Assembly: GCA_963782545.1 (NCBI GenBank)
Contig: CAWAKD010000007.1
Location: forward strand, 1,497,310 to 1,561,309
Direction of reading: 5' to 3'
From: an uncultured delta proteobacterium
GTDB taxonomy: Bacteria > Myxococcota_A > Polyangia > Fen-1088
DNA length: 64,000 nucleotides
The translations under genes and the position numbers were made by a program. Of the stretch, positions 8,595-17,963 are shown in pieces; the stretch's first letter is position 1; each line of letters starts with the position of its first letter. The notes below the pieces were generated by a model. That model did not search any database. It was not told where the DNA came from and saw only the letters and a program-made list of their open reading frames with translations.

Positions 8595-10319
8595 TTACCA
8601 CCACTGAGCCTGGCAGTCCCAGACCATCCAGCTTACGGGTGGCGCGTAGCCACTCGACTGACCGTAGTAGCCGGGCTTCATGACGCACTCACAGGTGTTG
8701 GTCGATTTCGAGCTGTCGATGCCCAGGGCCCATTGGGTCGTGCAGGAGTTGTTCTTGGTCACGGTCGAGCTGGCGGTGGCGGCCCGGCTGCCCGCCAGGT
8801 TGGTGGCCGCCGCGCTGTCGGCGGCCGAGGTCACCAGGGCGCAGCCGCCGGTGTCGGGGCCGGCGTACTTGCCGCCGCTACACGAAACCTGCTTGAACCC
8901 GTACATGCCGGGCGCGCACACCTTGAGGCAGGTGTCGAAGCCGGTGATGCAGGCGGTGGCCGAGTCGCCGGTCTTGACCGCGTTCGACCCAGGGCAGAGA
9001 ACGTCGGTGGCGAGCGTGACACCACTCACTTGATCCACGAGGGCGTGCGTGTCGGACGCCTTGTAGGTGCAGCTCGGGCTCGGCCCTTCGTTCGTTCCAT
9101 TCGCGCCCGTGGTGGAATCGCTGTCGCTGCCTACCTTGTAGGTGGAGCACAGGATTGGGCTGCGGAACGCGCAAATATTGGTCAGAGTCGCACGATCGTT
9201 CTCGCTGACTCCAGCGACCTGGCCGACCCCGATGGCGACGACGTTCGAGATGTTGACGGTGTGCTTGGCGCTGCTCGTGCATCCGCCGCCCTCGCCGCAC
9301 GAGCGGTAGAGCTTGCCGGCGGTCTCGACGTACACGTTGTCGATATTGAGCGTGCTGTCGCCGCCGTTGTGCTGGATGGTCTTGTCGCGCGCATACTTGA
9401 AGCCGCTGTTCTTGACGGTCGAAGCCCCCGAGGCTTGGTCCTCCACGTTGATGGTGATGGCGTCGTCACAGATGTACGAGAACCAGACGTTGTCGATGGT
9501 GCAACTTCCTAGGCAATGGATGCCATCACCGACCTTCTTGCCGAAGATCACGTTCTTGACCGAGCCACCGTTGGCCACTTCGATGATCGCCTTGGTGCTG
9601 TCCTGGTCGCCCAACGAGCAGTCGTTGAGGTCGCCTTCATGCAAGGCGCCGCCACCGTCGTAGTTGGTCACGGACTTGGTGCCGCTGATGGTGACCGTGG
9701 AGCCCGTGGGCGTCGGCCAGGTCGGGATCTTGCAGGAGGGTGACACGGTCACGCTGGTTCCCGTGCCGCCACCCGTCGAGCTGTTCCCGCCTGTCCCGGT
9801 TGCGCCACCGCTGCTGGTTACCCCGCCAGTGCCGGTTGCGCCACCGGTCGGCGTGGTGACGCCTGTCCCGGTCGTGCCGCCCGTGCGTGCCCCGCCGGTG
9901 GAGCCGACCCCGCCCGTGCCCATTGCACCACCGCTGCTTGACCCGCCAACGCTGCTCGTCCCGCCGCCGGTTCCCGTCGCGCCACCGGTGTTCGTCGCGC
10001 CACCGGTGCTTGCCGCTCCCCCACGGCCCGAAGCACCTGCGGATCCGGTCACGCCGCCACTCCCCTTCGTGCCGCCGGTACTGACCACGCCACCACTGCT
10101 CGTCACGCCGCCAGTTCCCGGCGTTTCCGAGCCTGCCCCTCCGCCGCTGCTCGTGGCGCCGCCGGTGCCACCAGTGGTTCCGCCACTGCTCTGGCTGCCG
10201 CCGCTGCTCGACGAATTGCCGCCAGTCGCGTTCCCAACAGTTGTGCCTCCGCTGGAGCAAGCCCCTATCGCCAGCATGCTGGGCAATAGGAGAAAAAGGG
10301 AAATCCGAGTCTTCTTCAT
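8595..10319 (-). CDS. Pectate lyase family 3 (PL3) lipoprotein with Gly-rich linker and C-terminal Cys-rich domain
   Basis: The ATG at 10319 has a GGAGCC RBS. The signal peptide is MKKTRISLFLLLPSMLAIGAC. PL3 motifs are present (KNVIFGKKVGDGIHC, DDAITINVED, KTIQHNGG, GKLYRSCGEGGGC). The C-terminus (CLKVCAPGMYGFKQVSCSGGKY…) is related to the Cys-rich module of 7380..8360. Confidence 0.8.
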   Translation of the reverse strand: MKKTRISLFLLLPSMLAIGACSSGGTTVGNATGGNSSSSGGSQSSGGTTGGTGGATSSGGGAGSETPGTGGVTSSGGVVSTGGTKGSGGVTGSAGASGRGGAASTGGATNTGGATGTGGGTSSVGGSSSGGAMGTGGVGSTGGARTGGTTGTGVTTPTGGATGTGGVTSSGGATGTGGNSSTGGGTGTSVTVSPSCKIPTWPTPTGSTVTISGTKSVTNYDGGGALHEGDLNDCSLGDQDSTKAIIEVANGGSVKNVIFGKKVGDGIHCLGSCTIDNVWFSYICDDAITINVEDQASGASTVKNSGFKYARDKTIQHNGGDSTLNIDNVYVETAGKLYRSCGEGGGCTSSAKHTVNISNVVAIGVGQVAGVSENDRATLTNICAFRSPILCSTYKVGSDSDSTTGANGTNEGPSPSCTYKASDTHALVDQVSGVTLATDVLCPGSNAVKTGDSATACITGFDTCLKVCAPGMYGFKQVSCSGGKYAGPDTGGCALVTSAADSAAATNLAGSRAATASSTVTKNNSCTTQWALGIDSSKSTNTCECVMKPGYYGQSSGYAPPVSWMVWDCQAQWW

Positions 10320-10520
10320 TTTCGGCTCCAAATGGCGATTGCCGGGTTGCTTGGCGAGGCTTGTTGTTGGCGGCAGTGGAGGACCAAGCGCCTTTCGGCT
10401 CACACACACCCGGCCAGATCGTTGCACCGCGCTGAGCCAGCCACGAAACTTTGAGCCACATTCGCGGGGTCTCGCCACCGCCACGACAAACCGACCAAGC
10501 AAACATTCGGGGAAACTGCC

Positions 10521-12134
10521 ATGTCGAGAAGATTCCTGATTCCTGCGTTACTCTGCGTTGTTCCCATTCTGGTTTCAGCCTGCGGCAGTCAAACCGCAAG
10601 CTCGGGTGGCTCGGGCGGCGCCACGACGGGGGGGACCACGACGGCGTCGGGCGGAACCGCCACCGGGAGCGGCGGAATCGGCGGAGGCTCGGGCGGCACC
10701 ACGACCCCCTCGGGCGGCACCACGACCGCTTCGGGTGGCACCACGACCGCCTCGGGTGGCACCACGACCGCCTCGGGTGGAACCACGACCGCCTCGGGCG
10801 GAACTACCACTGCGTCGGGCGGAACTACCACTGCGTCGGGCGGAAACACGACGGGTTCGGGGGGAGCGCGAACCGGTGGGACGACCGGGAGCGGCGGTAC
10901 GACCACCGCCTCGGGCGGGACGACCAGCGCGAGCGGTGGCACGACCACGGCGACGGGCGGGACGACGGCCGCAACCGGCGGGGCAACGACGACGACGGGC
11001 GGGACGACGGCCGCAGCCGGCGGAGCGGGCACGGGTGGAGCCACCGGCACGGGCGGGGCAACCTCGACCGGCGGAACGACCGCGACCGGGGGAAGCACCA
11101 GCGGCGGGATCGAGGTCTGGGTATCGCCAACCGGCAATGATGACACCGGCACCGGCACGAAAGACTCTCCCCTGTTTAGCATCTGCTGGGATGACGGCGA
11201 CGCCGATCCGGAAATCAAGAAGGGAGCCTGCTACAAGCTCTGTCCAGTGGGCACCGGCTGCAACCCGGCAGGCGGCACGATCTGGGTCATGGACGGAACC
11301 TACAAGTACAAAGTCACACAGAAGTTCGGGTCCAAGAAGCCCGGGACGGCCAACGGTATCCTGAAGGTGTTTGCGGAGCCGGGAGCCAAGCCGGTCTTCG
11401 ACTTCAGCGCCTTGCCGGTCGACGACAAGAGCCGTGGAATCCAGGTTGGTTCGGACTACTGGCACTTCAAGGGACTGACCGTGATCGATGCCGGAGATAC
11501 CGGCATCTTTGTCATGGGTAGCCATATCACCATCGAGCAATGCATCGCCCACCACAACAGGAACGCCGGCATCGTGATTGGCGTGAATTCAGATGTCTCG
11601 GGATCGGGAAGCAACAACCTCATCCTCAACTGCGACTCGTACCAGAATAACGACACACAAACGAACGGCGAAAACGCGGATGGCTTCGGCGCCAAAGAGA
11701 ATTCCGGCAGCGGGAACGTCTTCCGTGGCTGCCGCGCCTGGGACAACGCCGATGACGGTTGGGATCTGTACGGCTGGGCTTCTCCGATCACAATCGAGAA
11801 CTGCTGGGCCATCTCGCAGGCCAAAACCACCAGCGGCAGCAGCAGCGACGGCAACGGCTTCAAGTTGGGAGGCGACAGCGTCTCGGCCGCACACATTCTC
11901 AAGGACCTCTATGCCACGGACAACAACTACGGCAGCAGCAACTGTGGCTTCACCAACAACAGCAATCCAGCATCCATGACCTGCACCGGCAACTGTGCAG
12001 CCTGGGGCAATGGGACGGCCAGCAAGAACATCGGCGGCGTAGGCACCACGGCTCCAGGCAGCGCGACCGCCGCGAAGATGATCGCGGCCCCGCGGAACGC
12101 CGACGGCTCGCTGCCGGACATCAATTCGTTGTAG
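10521..12134 (+). CDS. Right-handed beta-helix pectate lyase (PL9-like) lipoprotein
   Basis: The lipobox is LVSAC. Eight GGTTTAS heptad repeats follow, then the beta-helix motifs ENADGFGAK and WDNADDGWDLY. Confidence 0.7.
   Translation: MSRRFLIPALLCVVPILVSACGSQTASSGGSGGATTGGTTTASGGTATGSGGIGGGSGGTTTPSGGTTTASGGTTTASGGTTTASGGTTTASGGTTTASGGTTTASGGNTTGSGGARTGGTTGSGGTTTASGGTTSASGGTTTATGGTTAATGGATTTTGGTTAAAGGAGTGGATGTGGATSTGGTTATGGSTSGGIEVWVSPTGNDDTGTGTKDSPLFSICWDDGDADPEIKKGACYKLCPVGTGCNPAGGTIWVMDGTYKYKVTQKFGSKKPGTANGILKVFAEPGAKPVFDFSALPVDDKSRGIQVGSDYWHFKGLTVIDAGDTGIFVMGSHITIEQCIAHHNRNAGIVIGVNSDVSGSGSNNLILNCDSYQNNDTQTNGENADGFGAKENSGSGNVFRGCRAWDNADDGWDLYGWASPITIENCWAISQAKTTSGSSSDGNGFKLGGDSVSAAHILKDLYATDNNYGSSNCGFTNNSNPASMTCTGNCAAWGNGTASKNIGGVGTTAPGSATAAKMIAAPRNADGSLPDINSL
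10694..10861 (+). repeat. In-frame 21-bp tandem repeat, about 8 copies, encoding GGTTTAS
   Basis: Near-identical 21-mers (ggcaccacgaccgcctcgggt and variants) are directly visible in the sequence. Confidence 0.8.
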
Positions 12135-12385
12135 CCGCCACCGAACTCGGTAAGGACGAGGCTCCCGAGTGAACGATGACTCGAAAAGCCTGATCCGCCT
12201 GTTCGCCCACGCCGACCTGTTCGAGATCGAGGCGGTGATCGCCGGGTCGGGCTACAACACCGGCAACTATTTCCCGCGGCGGCACCGTCAAGCTGGCCGT
12301 TCGAGAGATGAGAATCTGGTCCCCGCGCCGTTCGAGGTCCAGGAAGATCTAGTATCATGCCTCCGGCCGTCGGGCCCCGCATGCC

Positions 12386-12979
12386 ATGTCGTTCCGGCAG
12401 TCCATGTACCCGCACACGCTTTGCCAGAGGGTGCTCGGCCGGGCCTGCGACGTGCCGAGCGACTACTTCGTCGGCAACAAGCCGATCAACTACCTTTACT
12501 TCGACCTCGGCGACTTCGTGAGCAGCACGAGCTCGTTAGCCTACCCCGCGAGGCAAGACTACTTCTTGAACGGCCTGGCGAAGTCCAGCTTGTTTGGCGT
12601 CGCGCCGCTCGGAAGAGATTTCGCAGGCCCGCTCTACCAGGGCCTGGCGCTCTTCCTGCGCCTGCTGCTTTTGGCCATCGTCGCGGTCGCTGTCCTCGTT
12701 CTGCCCTTCCTGCGACCGGTGCGGTGGGCAAAGTATCGTGCGCCCGCCGGGGCCTGCGCCAGCCTGCTGATTCTGCTGGTCGCCTTTCGCATCATGGTTC
12801 CGACCCCGTTTCATGAGGACTTCCGGCACATCTTCCCGGTTCTCGTGCCGCTTTGCCTCTTGTACGCCAAGGTCGTGGAGCGCCTGCGCGGCTGGTCGGA
12901 AGTGCTCTACAAGGCCGGCATCGCGCTCGGGCTCCTGATGATGGCCTCGTCGGTTGCGTCCTTTGTACGGATTCCCTGA
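12386..12979 (+). pseudogene. Probable remnant or C-terminal fragment of an integral membrane protein
   Basis: The hydrophobic C-terminal ORF (…LFLRLLLLAIVAVAVLVLPFL…) has no room for an N-terminal part. An upstream ORF in another frame (12169, MNDDSKSLIRLFAHADLFEIEAVIAGSGY…) degenerates into non-protein-like sequence, suggesting a frameshifted or decayed gene. Confidence 0.3.
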
Positions 12980-13039
12980 AGCCGGGCTCGCCCCCCTGTT
13001 GGTGGAAGGGCGGCCAGCTGCCCGCGGCGAGCCCGGCGT

Positions 13040-14665
13040 TTACTGAGCCGCGCCCGGGCCGACGTTGCCGTATTCGCCGAGGTAGATTTCGGCGGGCGAC
13101 GGGCCGGTGCCGGCGGGGTAGTAGTCATCGGAGCTGTACAGCGTCACCGGGGTGATGCCCGCGGGATCCTTGGGCGTGAAGGTCCGGGTGGTCGAGGGCG
13201 CCCACGGCGAGGCGGCGATGTGGCCGCCCAGGGTCGAGTTGCGAATGACGACCTTGCCAATGGACGCGTTGTTGCCTCCCTCCCACCACTGGTGGCCGAG
13301 GGCGACGTCGCTCGCGCCGACTTCCGCGGTGAAGTCGCAGCTTACGAAGAGGAAGCCATAGCGGCTGTTCAGCATGGTGCTGGGATTGGCGATGACCCCG
13401 CCGGTGGGCTGGCGGCTGGTGAGGTACTTGATCTCCGTGTGATCGAAAACCGCGACGCCGCGCCCAGTGATGATGTCCTGGTCGCCCTCGATGTAGCAGT
13501 CGCGGAAGTAGGAGCGCGCCGCGCTCGACTGACTCTCGGACTTGACGTAGAGGGTGGTGATGTTGCCGAGCAAGCGCACGTTCTCGAACTGCGCCCGGTC
13601 GCCTTGCACGAGCAGCGCAACGGCGCTTTGGTCGGCGGTGGCGTCGGCAACCTCGGCAAAGTCGTTGGCGACGGTGAGGTTCTTCATTTGGAAACCGCCT
13701 AAGGCACTCACCGTCATCGTTGCGGTCGACGACATGCTACCGGCCTCCTCGGCCCCAAGCGCGTTCGCGATGACCGTCTTTGAGGCATCGGCCTCGGTGC
13801 TGTACAGGGTGAGCATCGGCGCCGAGGTCTTCTTGTTGACCACCACCTTTCCCCGATACGTGCCCGCCTTGATGCGGATGTAGACGCGCTGGCAATCGGT
13901 CTTGGGAATGACGTAGGCATCGGCGACGGCTTGATTGATGCTGGTGTGGGTGCCGCTGCCGTCTTCGGCAACTGTGTAGAGCGGGTTGAAGGTGTCGACG
14001 TCGCCGATGCCGCTGGCGACTGGATCCCAGTCGTCGTTGAGAGCGTACGTGACGGGCATCAGGGTGTCGGTGAAGGCGCCCGCGTCGGCGGCGGTGCTGC
14101 CCCCGTCAACCGTAGCGGTGCCACCATCGACGCCGGCGCTGCCCGCGTCGTCGGCGGTGCTGCCCCCGTCGAGCCTGTCGTCGGTATCATCCTTGGTTCC
14201 GGCGTCCACCGGCACCACCACCTCCGGCGTGGGAGGCCCGGTCATGGTGCCGCCCTTGGCCAGGACCTTGGCGATGGTGTACTCGCTATCGGCCAGCTCG
14301 GAGGAGAGCTGGGGCCGCGTCGGGGTCGACGGGGCGGCGGGGCCGGGGTCTTGCATGGGCGCGGTGCCACTTTGAACCACGGCGGTGGGCAAGGGCAGGC
14401 ACACGATGGCCACATCGGCGGCGGCGTCCGGCAGCTCTTCGGCGTCGGGCAGGATGATGGCTGAATCCGGGCCATCGTCGGCGGGCGGCTTGGTGTCCGG
14501 CTCGACCGGGGAGTCGGCGATCGGCGCGACATCAGTTGCCTTGGGGGTATCCGGCGAGGCGTCCGGGGTCCTCTTCGTATCGTTGCCGCACGCGCCGAGT
14601 CCGGCGGCCAGGGCCAGCAGGCTGCAGGTGCGAAGAATCTTGCCCAGGGATCGTTCTCGTCGCAT
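13040..14665 (-). CDS. Pectin methylesterase (CE8) lipoprotein
   Basis: GAGGAG lies 6 nt before the ATG at 14665. The lipobox is LAAGLGAC. CE8 motifs are present (QSAVALLVQGDRAQF, GNITTLYV, CYIEGDQDIITG). The gene starts 10 nt after the stop of the upstream GH28 gene. Confidence 0.8.
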   Translation of the reverse strand: MRRERSLGKILRTCSLLALAAGLGACGNDTKRTPDASPDTPKATDVAPIADSPVEPDTKPPADDGPDSAIILPDAEELPDAAADVAIVCLPLPTAVVQSGTAPMQDPGPAAPSTPTRPQLSSELADSEYTIAKVLAKGGTMTGPPTPEVVVPVDAGTKDDTDDRLDGGSTADDAGSAGVDGGTATVDGGSTAADAGAFTDTLMPVTYALNDDWDPVASGIGDVDTFNPLYTVAEDGSGTHTSINQAVADAYVIPKTDCQRVYIRIKAGTYRGKVVVNKKTSAPMLTLYSTEADASKTVIANALGAEEAGSMSSTATMTVSALGGFQMKNLTVANDFAEVADATADQSAVALLVQGDRAQFENVRLLGNITTLYVKSESQSSAARSYFRDCYIEGDQDIITGRGVAVFDHTEIKYLTSRQPTGGVIANPSTMLNSRYGFLFVSCDFTAEVGASDVALGHQWWEGGNNASIGKVVIRNSTLGGHIAASPWAPSTTRTFTPKDPAGITPVTLYSSDDYYPAGTGPSPAEIYLGEYGNVGPGAAQ

Positions 14666-14674
14666 GGTCTCTCC

Positions 14675-16264
14675 TCAGTTGAATGGGACCCAGGCGGCGG
14701 TGCAGTCGCGTGGCGCTGCCGCTCCGGTCACGTTGCCGGTCACGGTGACCCCGGTTCCGGCGGGCAGAATGCTGACCGGGCCAGGGCCCAAGGTAATCGC
14801 CGCATTGGAAGCGTTGATCGTGGGTGGCGTGTCGAACACCACGTTGTCCATAGCCAGCGTGAGGGGATGGCTGGCGTCGTACCCCGAGAGCCGCACGCTG
14901 CCGCCGCCGACCACGTGCACGTTGGTCAGGGTGATGTCCTGGAAATCGGGGATCAGCGTGCCGGTTGCGCCGCTCGTATAGAACGGATTGAACACCAGCG
15001 GTTGCGAGACGTCCCGCATGCACACGTCGGTGTAGCTGATCCCTTGCACCAGCCCGCCGCGGCTGACGTCGGACTTGATGCGGATGCCATACTTGGTGCC
15101 GTCGAGCGACAGGTCGCACACCTTGACGTTCTGCACACCCACGTTGGTCTCGCTACCGATGGACATACCGTGGCCCTTGCCGAAGTGGTTGTGCGCGATG
15201 ACCAGATTGTCGACGACCATGGGGCCGTCGCCCTTGATGGCGATGTTGTCGTCCCCCGTGGAGATCGTGCAGTAGGCGATCACCCCGTCGCTGGAGCCGT
15301 CGGGATCGACACCGTCGGTATTGGGCGAGGTTGGATCGGTGATGATGGTGATGCCCCAGATGGTGAAGCCGCGAACGCCCGAGGGCACGATGTGGAACTT
15401 GCCCCCATTCTGGAAACGCAGGCCCTGGATGGTCAGACCATTGCTCATGTTGGCCGAGACCAGGCGGGGCGCCGCCAATCCGCCAGCGGCGGCCTGGTTG
15501 AGCTGCCACCACGTCGAGCTCGATCCGAGCACGGGCTTGCCGCCCTGTCCGTCCACGGTGCCCGCGCCCATGAGGGCGGTGTCGTTCTTGCCGGTGATGT
15601 TGAAGACGCCATGGCACGAGCTGTTGCCGGCCGCCGTTCCACACAGCCCGGAGCCCGGCTTCGCATCGAAGCTCCGCGGATTCCGCGAGGCGTACACCGT
15701 GACGCCGGTGTCGATCCATACGGTCACCCCGGCCTTCAGCTGCAGAGAGCCGACCAGGAATGCGTTCTTGGCGCCATCGACGGCCAGTCGTACCGACAGT
15801 CCGGCGGGGCAGCCGTCGATGGCCGCCTGGACGGTGCCGGTGTCGGGCGCGTCCTCGTCGCTGTCCGTGGTGGCGTCCCCGGGCACGACCACCTTGGTCG
15901 CGAGCACGGTCGCATACGCCGGCGGAATGACCGGCTCGGTCCCGATGTCCTCGCACGACGTCGGATAGAGCTTGGCGACCACGTCGACGGGCCCGGTGTC
16001 GACCGGCACGGTGTCCGGCTTCCGCGTGTCCGCCGCCAGAACGGGCGCGTCGGCGGTATCGGACACGGGGCTGCTGGCAGCGTCGAACGCTTCTAGGGAG
16101 GCATCCGGGCCCTTCTCCCCGAGGCCGGAGCATCCGGACCCGAGACCGAGGACGAGGAGCGCGTTCACGCACGAACGCGACCAGAACGGAGGCAGGCTGT
16201 CTTTCGCCAAGAGCCGGTGGAAGTCTGCAAACCGCGCGACGGACCTGGAGCGTGTGGTGATCAT
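14675..16264 (-). CDS. Polygalacturonase (GH28)
   Basis: GH28 signature motifs are present: NTDGVDP, GDDNIAIK, GHGMSIGSE and RIKS. The signal peptide is …NALLVLGLGSGC. The start is ambiguous (ATG at 16264, or an internal TTG or GTG). Confidence 0.8.
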   Translation of the reverse strand: MITTRSRSVARFADFHRLLAKDSLPPFWSRSCVNALLVLGLGSGCSGLGEKGPDASLEAFDAASSPVSDTADAPVLAADTRKPDTVPVDTGPVDVVAKLYPTSCEDIGTEPVIPPAYATVLATKVVVPGDATTDSDEDAPDTGTVQAAIDGCPAGLSVRLAVDGAKNAFLVGSLQLKAGVTVWIDTGVTVYASRNPRSFDAKPGSGLCGTAAGNSSCHGVFNITGKNDTALMGAGTVDGQGGKPVLGSSSTWWQLNQAAAGGLAAPRLVSANMSNGLTIQGLRFQNGGKFHIVPSGVRGFTIWGITIITDPTSPNTDGVDPDGSSDGVIAYCTISTGDDNIAIKGDGPMVVDNLVIAHNHFGKGHGMSIGSETNVGVQNVKVCDLSLDGTKYGIRIKSDVSRGGLVQGISYTDVCMRDVSQPLVFNPFYTSGATGTLIPDFQDITLTNVHVVGGGSVRLSGYDASHPLTLAMDNVVFDTPPTINASNAAITLGPGPVSILPAGTGVTVTGNVTGAAAPRDCTAAWVPFN

Positions 16265-16343
16265 GAGATGCCAGGCAGTGATGCTAGCGACGATCTCCGG
16301 CTCAACTCTTGTCACGCGCCTCAGGCGCCGTGCCCGCCCTGCC

Positions 16344-17963
16344 CTATTGCTTGGGATTCCAGCCGCCCAGTACCACGGTCACGTCCCGCATCTGCGCCGC
16401 GGTGGCATCGTCGATTTGCTGCGAGGCCGCGATGCGCTGGCTGACGTCGAGGGGCGCGCCCGTCAGATCCGTGCTCTGGTATTCCCAGAAACGCACCTTG
16501 CTGTTGTCGACACCGCTCGCGGCCACCAGCCAACCCTTGGGATCGATGTGGCTTCCCATCTGGCAATTCACGTAGGCCACATGGCAAGCTGGGGCTCCGG
16601 TCGGGTCGCTGAAATTCGTGCGCGCCAGGAAGTGACCGGTGATGGCCGGCGAGTCGGCCGTGAGCTTGCAATCCACGAAGACGTAGCCGTAGCTGGATGC
16701 CGGGTTGCGCGCTTGCACGTTGTAGCCCGCCCGCGCTACGGTGCGAATCTCGCAGCGATCGAAGTAGGCCACGCCCGTGCCCCAGATGTAGTCGACGTTG
16801 CCCTTGATCAGACTGTCGGCCACGTAGACTTGGCCGTCGAGCAGCAGGGTGTCCTGGTTGCTGAAGATGTTCGCGTTGCGGACGATGACCCTGCCTGCCG
16901 CCTCCACGTGCAACGCCTCGGCCTGGCCACCGGTTCCCACCTGGGGAGCCTGGTTGTTGATGGTCAGATTCTCGATGACCCAGTCGGACCCGCCATTGAG
17001 GGTTACGAGGCCACGGGAGGCCGTGCCCTTGTTGCAATTGTCATTGTTGGCGTAGCCGATGATGCTTTGCTCGCGGTCCTCACCGCGCAGAGTTACGAAG
17101 CTCTTGGTGCTCGCGTACACGATCTCGTGGTAGGTGCCCTTTTTGAGTGTGATGACGATCGGCGTGGCATTGCCCGCGGGCACCAAATCGATGGCGCCCT
17201 GGACCGTGCAGGTGTCACCCGTGCCGTCGGCGGCCACGGTGAGCAGGGGTTTGGCCACGGGTGCTGCCTCGGTCGTGCTGAAGGTCCACGCCCCATCGGC
17301 GGGTATGCCGGGCAACGCCGCCCCGGACGCGTCGACGAAGACCCCATCGTCCACGGTGACCTGGTAGGTGCCAGCGACGGGCAGTGGCGCGTGCAAGATG
17401 ATGATGGCAAGGTTGCCCTCGAAGACCACCGGCCAGTAGAAGAACGACTTGCCACCCACCTTCTTGCTGTAACCGCCGTCCGCCATGTCGATGCTGTCCA
17501 CCATGAGCGGCGCTCCGCCGTCCATGCCAGCGGTTTGCCAAATCTGGATCTTGCCTGCCTTGCCTGCCTTGGTCGGATCGGCGAAGGCAACGCGCAATTG
17601 CGCGTCGGCGCACACCTCGGTCGCTCCGGGCCCCGGGAATACCCCGGTCACATACGAGGGCAGGCCGGGGCCGGCGGTCACCGCCGGGGCCACGCCGCCA
17701 TCCACAACCGGCGCGGGTATCGAGAAGTTGAGCTGGCAGGTTGCCCCCCCGACGTCGGGCTCGAGGTCCACCCCGGCATCGGTCGTGCGGGCGTCGGCGA
17801 TGGGCGCAGCGGCCGTATCCGCAGGGTTGGTGGAGATGGGGACGTCGGCGGAGCCATCGGCGGATGCCAGGACGCTCGCGTCCGCAATCGTGGTTCCGAC
17901 GCCGCTCGAGCACGCGGCCAGGGCGAGGACGACCAAGGTCAGGAGCAAGTGTGTGTGCTTCAT
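16344..17963 (-). CDS. Pectin methylesterase (CE8) lipoprotein
   Basis: The signal peptide is MKHTHLLLTLVVLALAAC. CE8 motifs are present (GGQAEALHVEAAG, NQDTLLLDG, GNVDYIWGTG). The ATG at 17963 overlaps the anti-sigma stop as ATGA. Confidence 0.8.
   Translation of the reverse strand: MKHTHLLLTLVVLALAACSSGVGTTIADASVLASADGSADVPISTNPADTAAAPIADARTTDAGVDLEPDVGGATCQLNFSIPAPVVDGGVAPAVTAGPGLPSYVTGVFPGPGATEVCADAQLRVAFADPTKAGKAGKIQIWQTAGMDGGAPLMVDSIDMADGGYSKKVGGKSFFYWPVVFEGNLAIIILHAPLPVAGTYQVTVDDGVFVDASGAALPGIPADGAWTFSTTEAAPVAKPLLTVAADGTGDTCTVQGAIDLVPAGNATPIVITLKKGTYHEIVYASTKSFVTLRGEDREQSIIGYANNDNCNKGTASRGLVTLNGGSDWVIENLTINNQAPQVGTGGQAEALHVEAAGRVIVRNANIFSNQDTLLLDGQVYVADSLIKGNVDYIWGTGVAYFDRCEIRTVARAGYNVQARNPASSYGYVFVDCKLTADSPAITGHFLARTNFSDPTGAPACHVAYVNCQMGSHIDPKGWLVAASGVDNSKVRFWEYQSTDLTGAPLDVSQRIAASQQIDDATAAQMRDVTVVLGGWNPKQ

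Noticed and set aside
10575-11555. 326-aa and 209-aa Arg/Pro-rich minus-strand ORFs
   Set aside because: They are antisense to the repeat and linker region of the PL9-like gene. They have no start context, and the real gene on the plus strand has clear domains.
15153-16172. 339-aa minus-strand and 409-aa plus-strand ORFs overlapping the GH28 gene
   Set aside because: They are out-of-frame or antisense shadows, and only the 14675..16264 frame carries the GH28 signature motifs.
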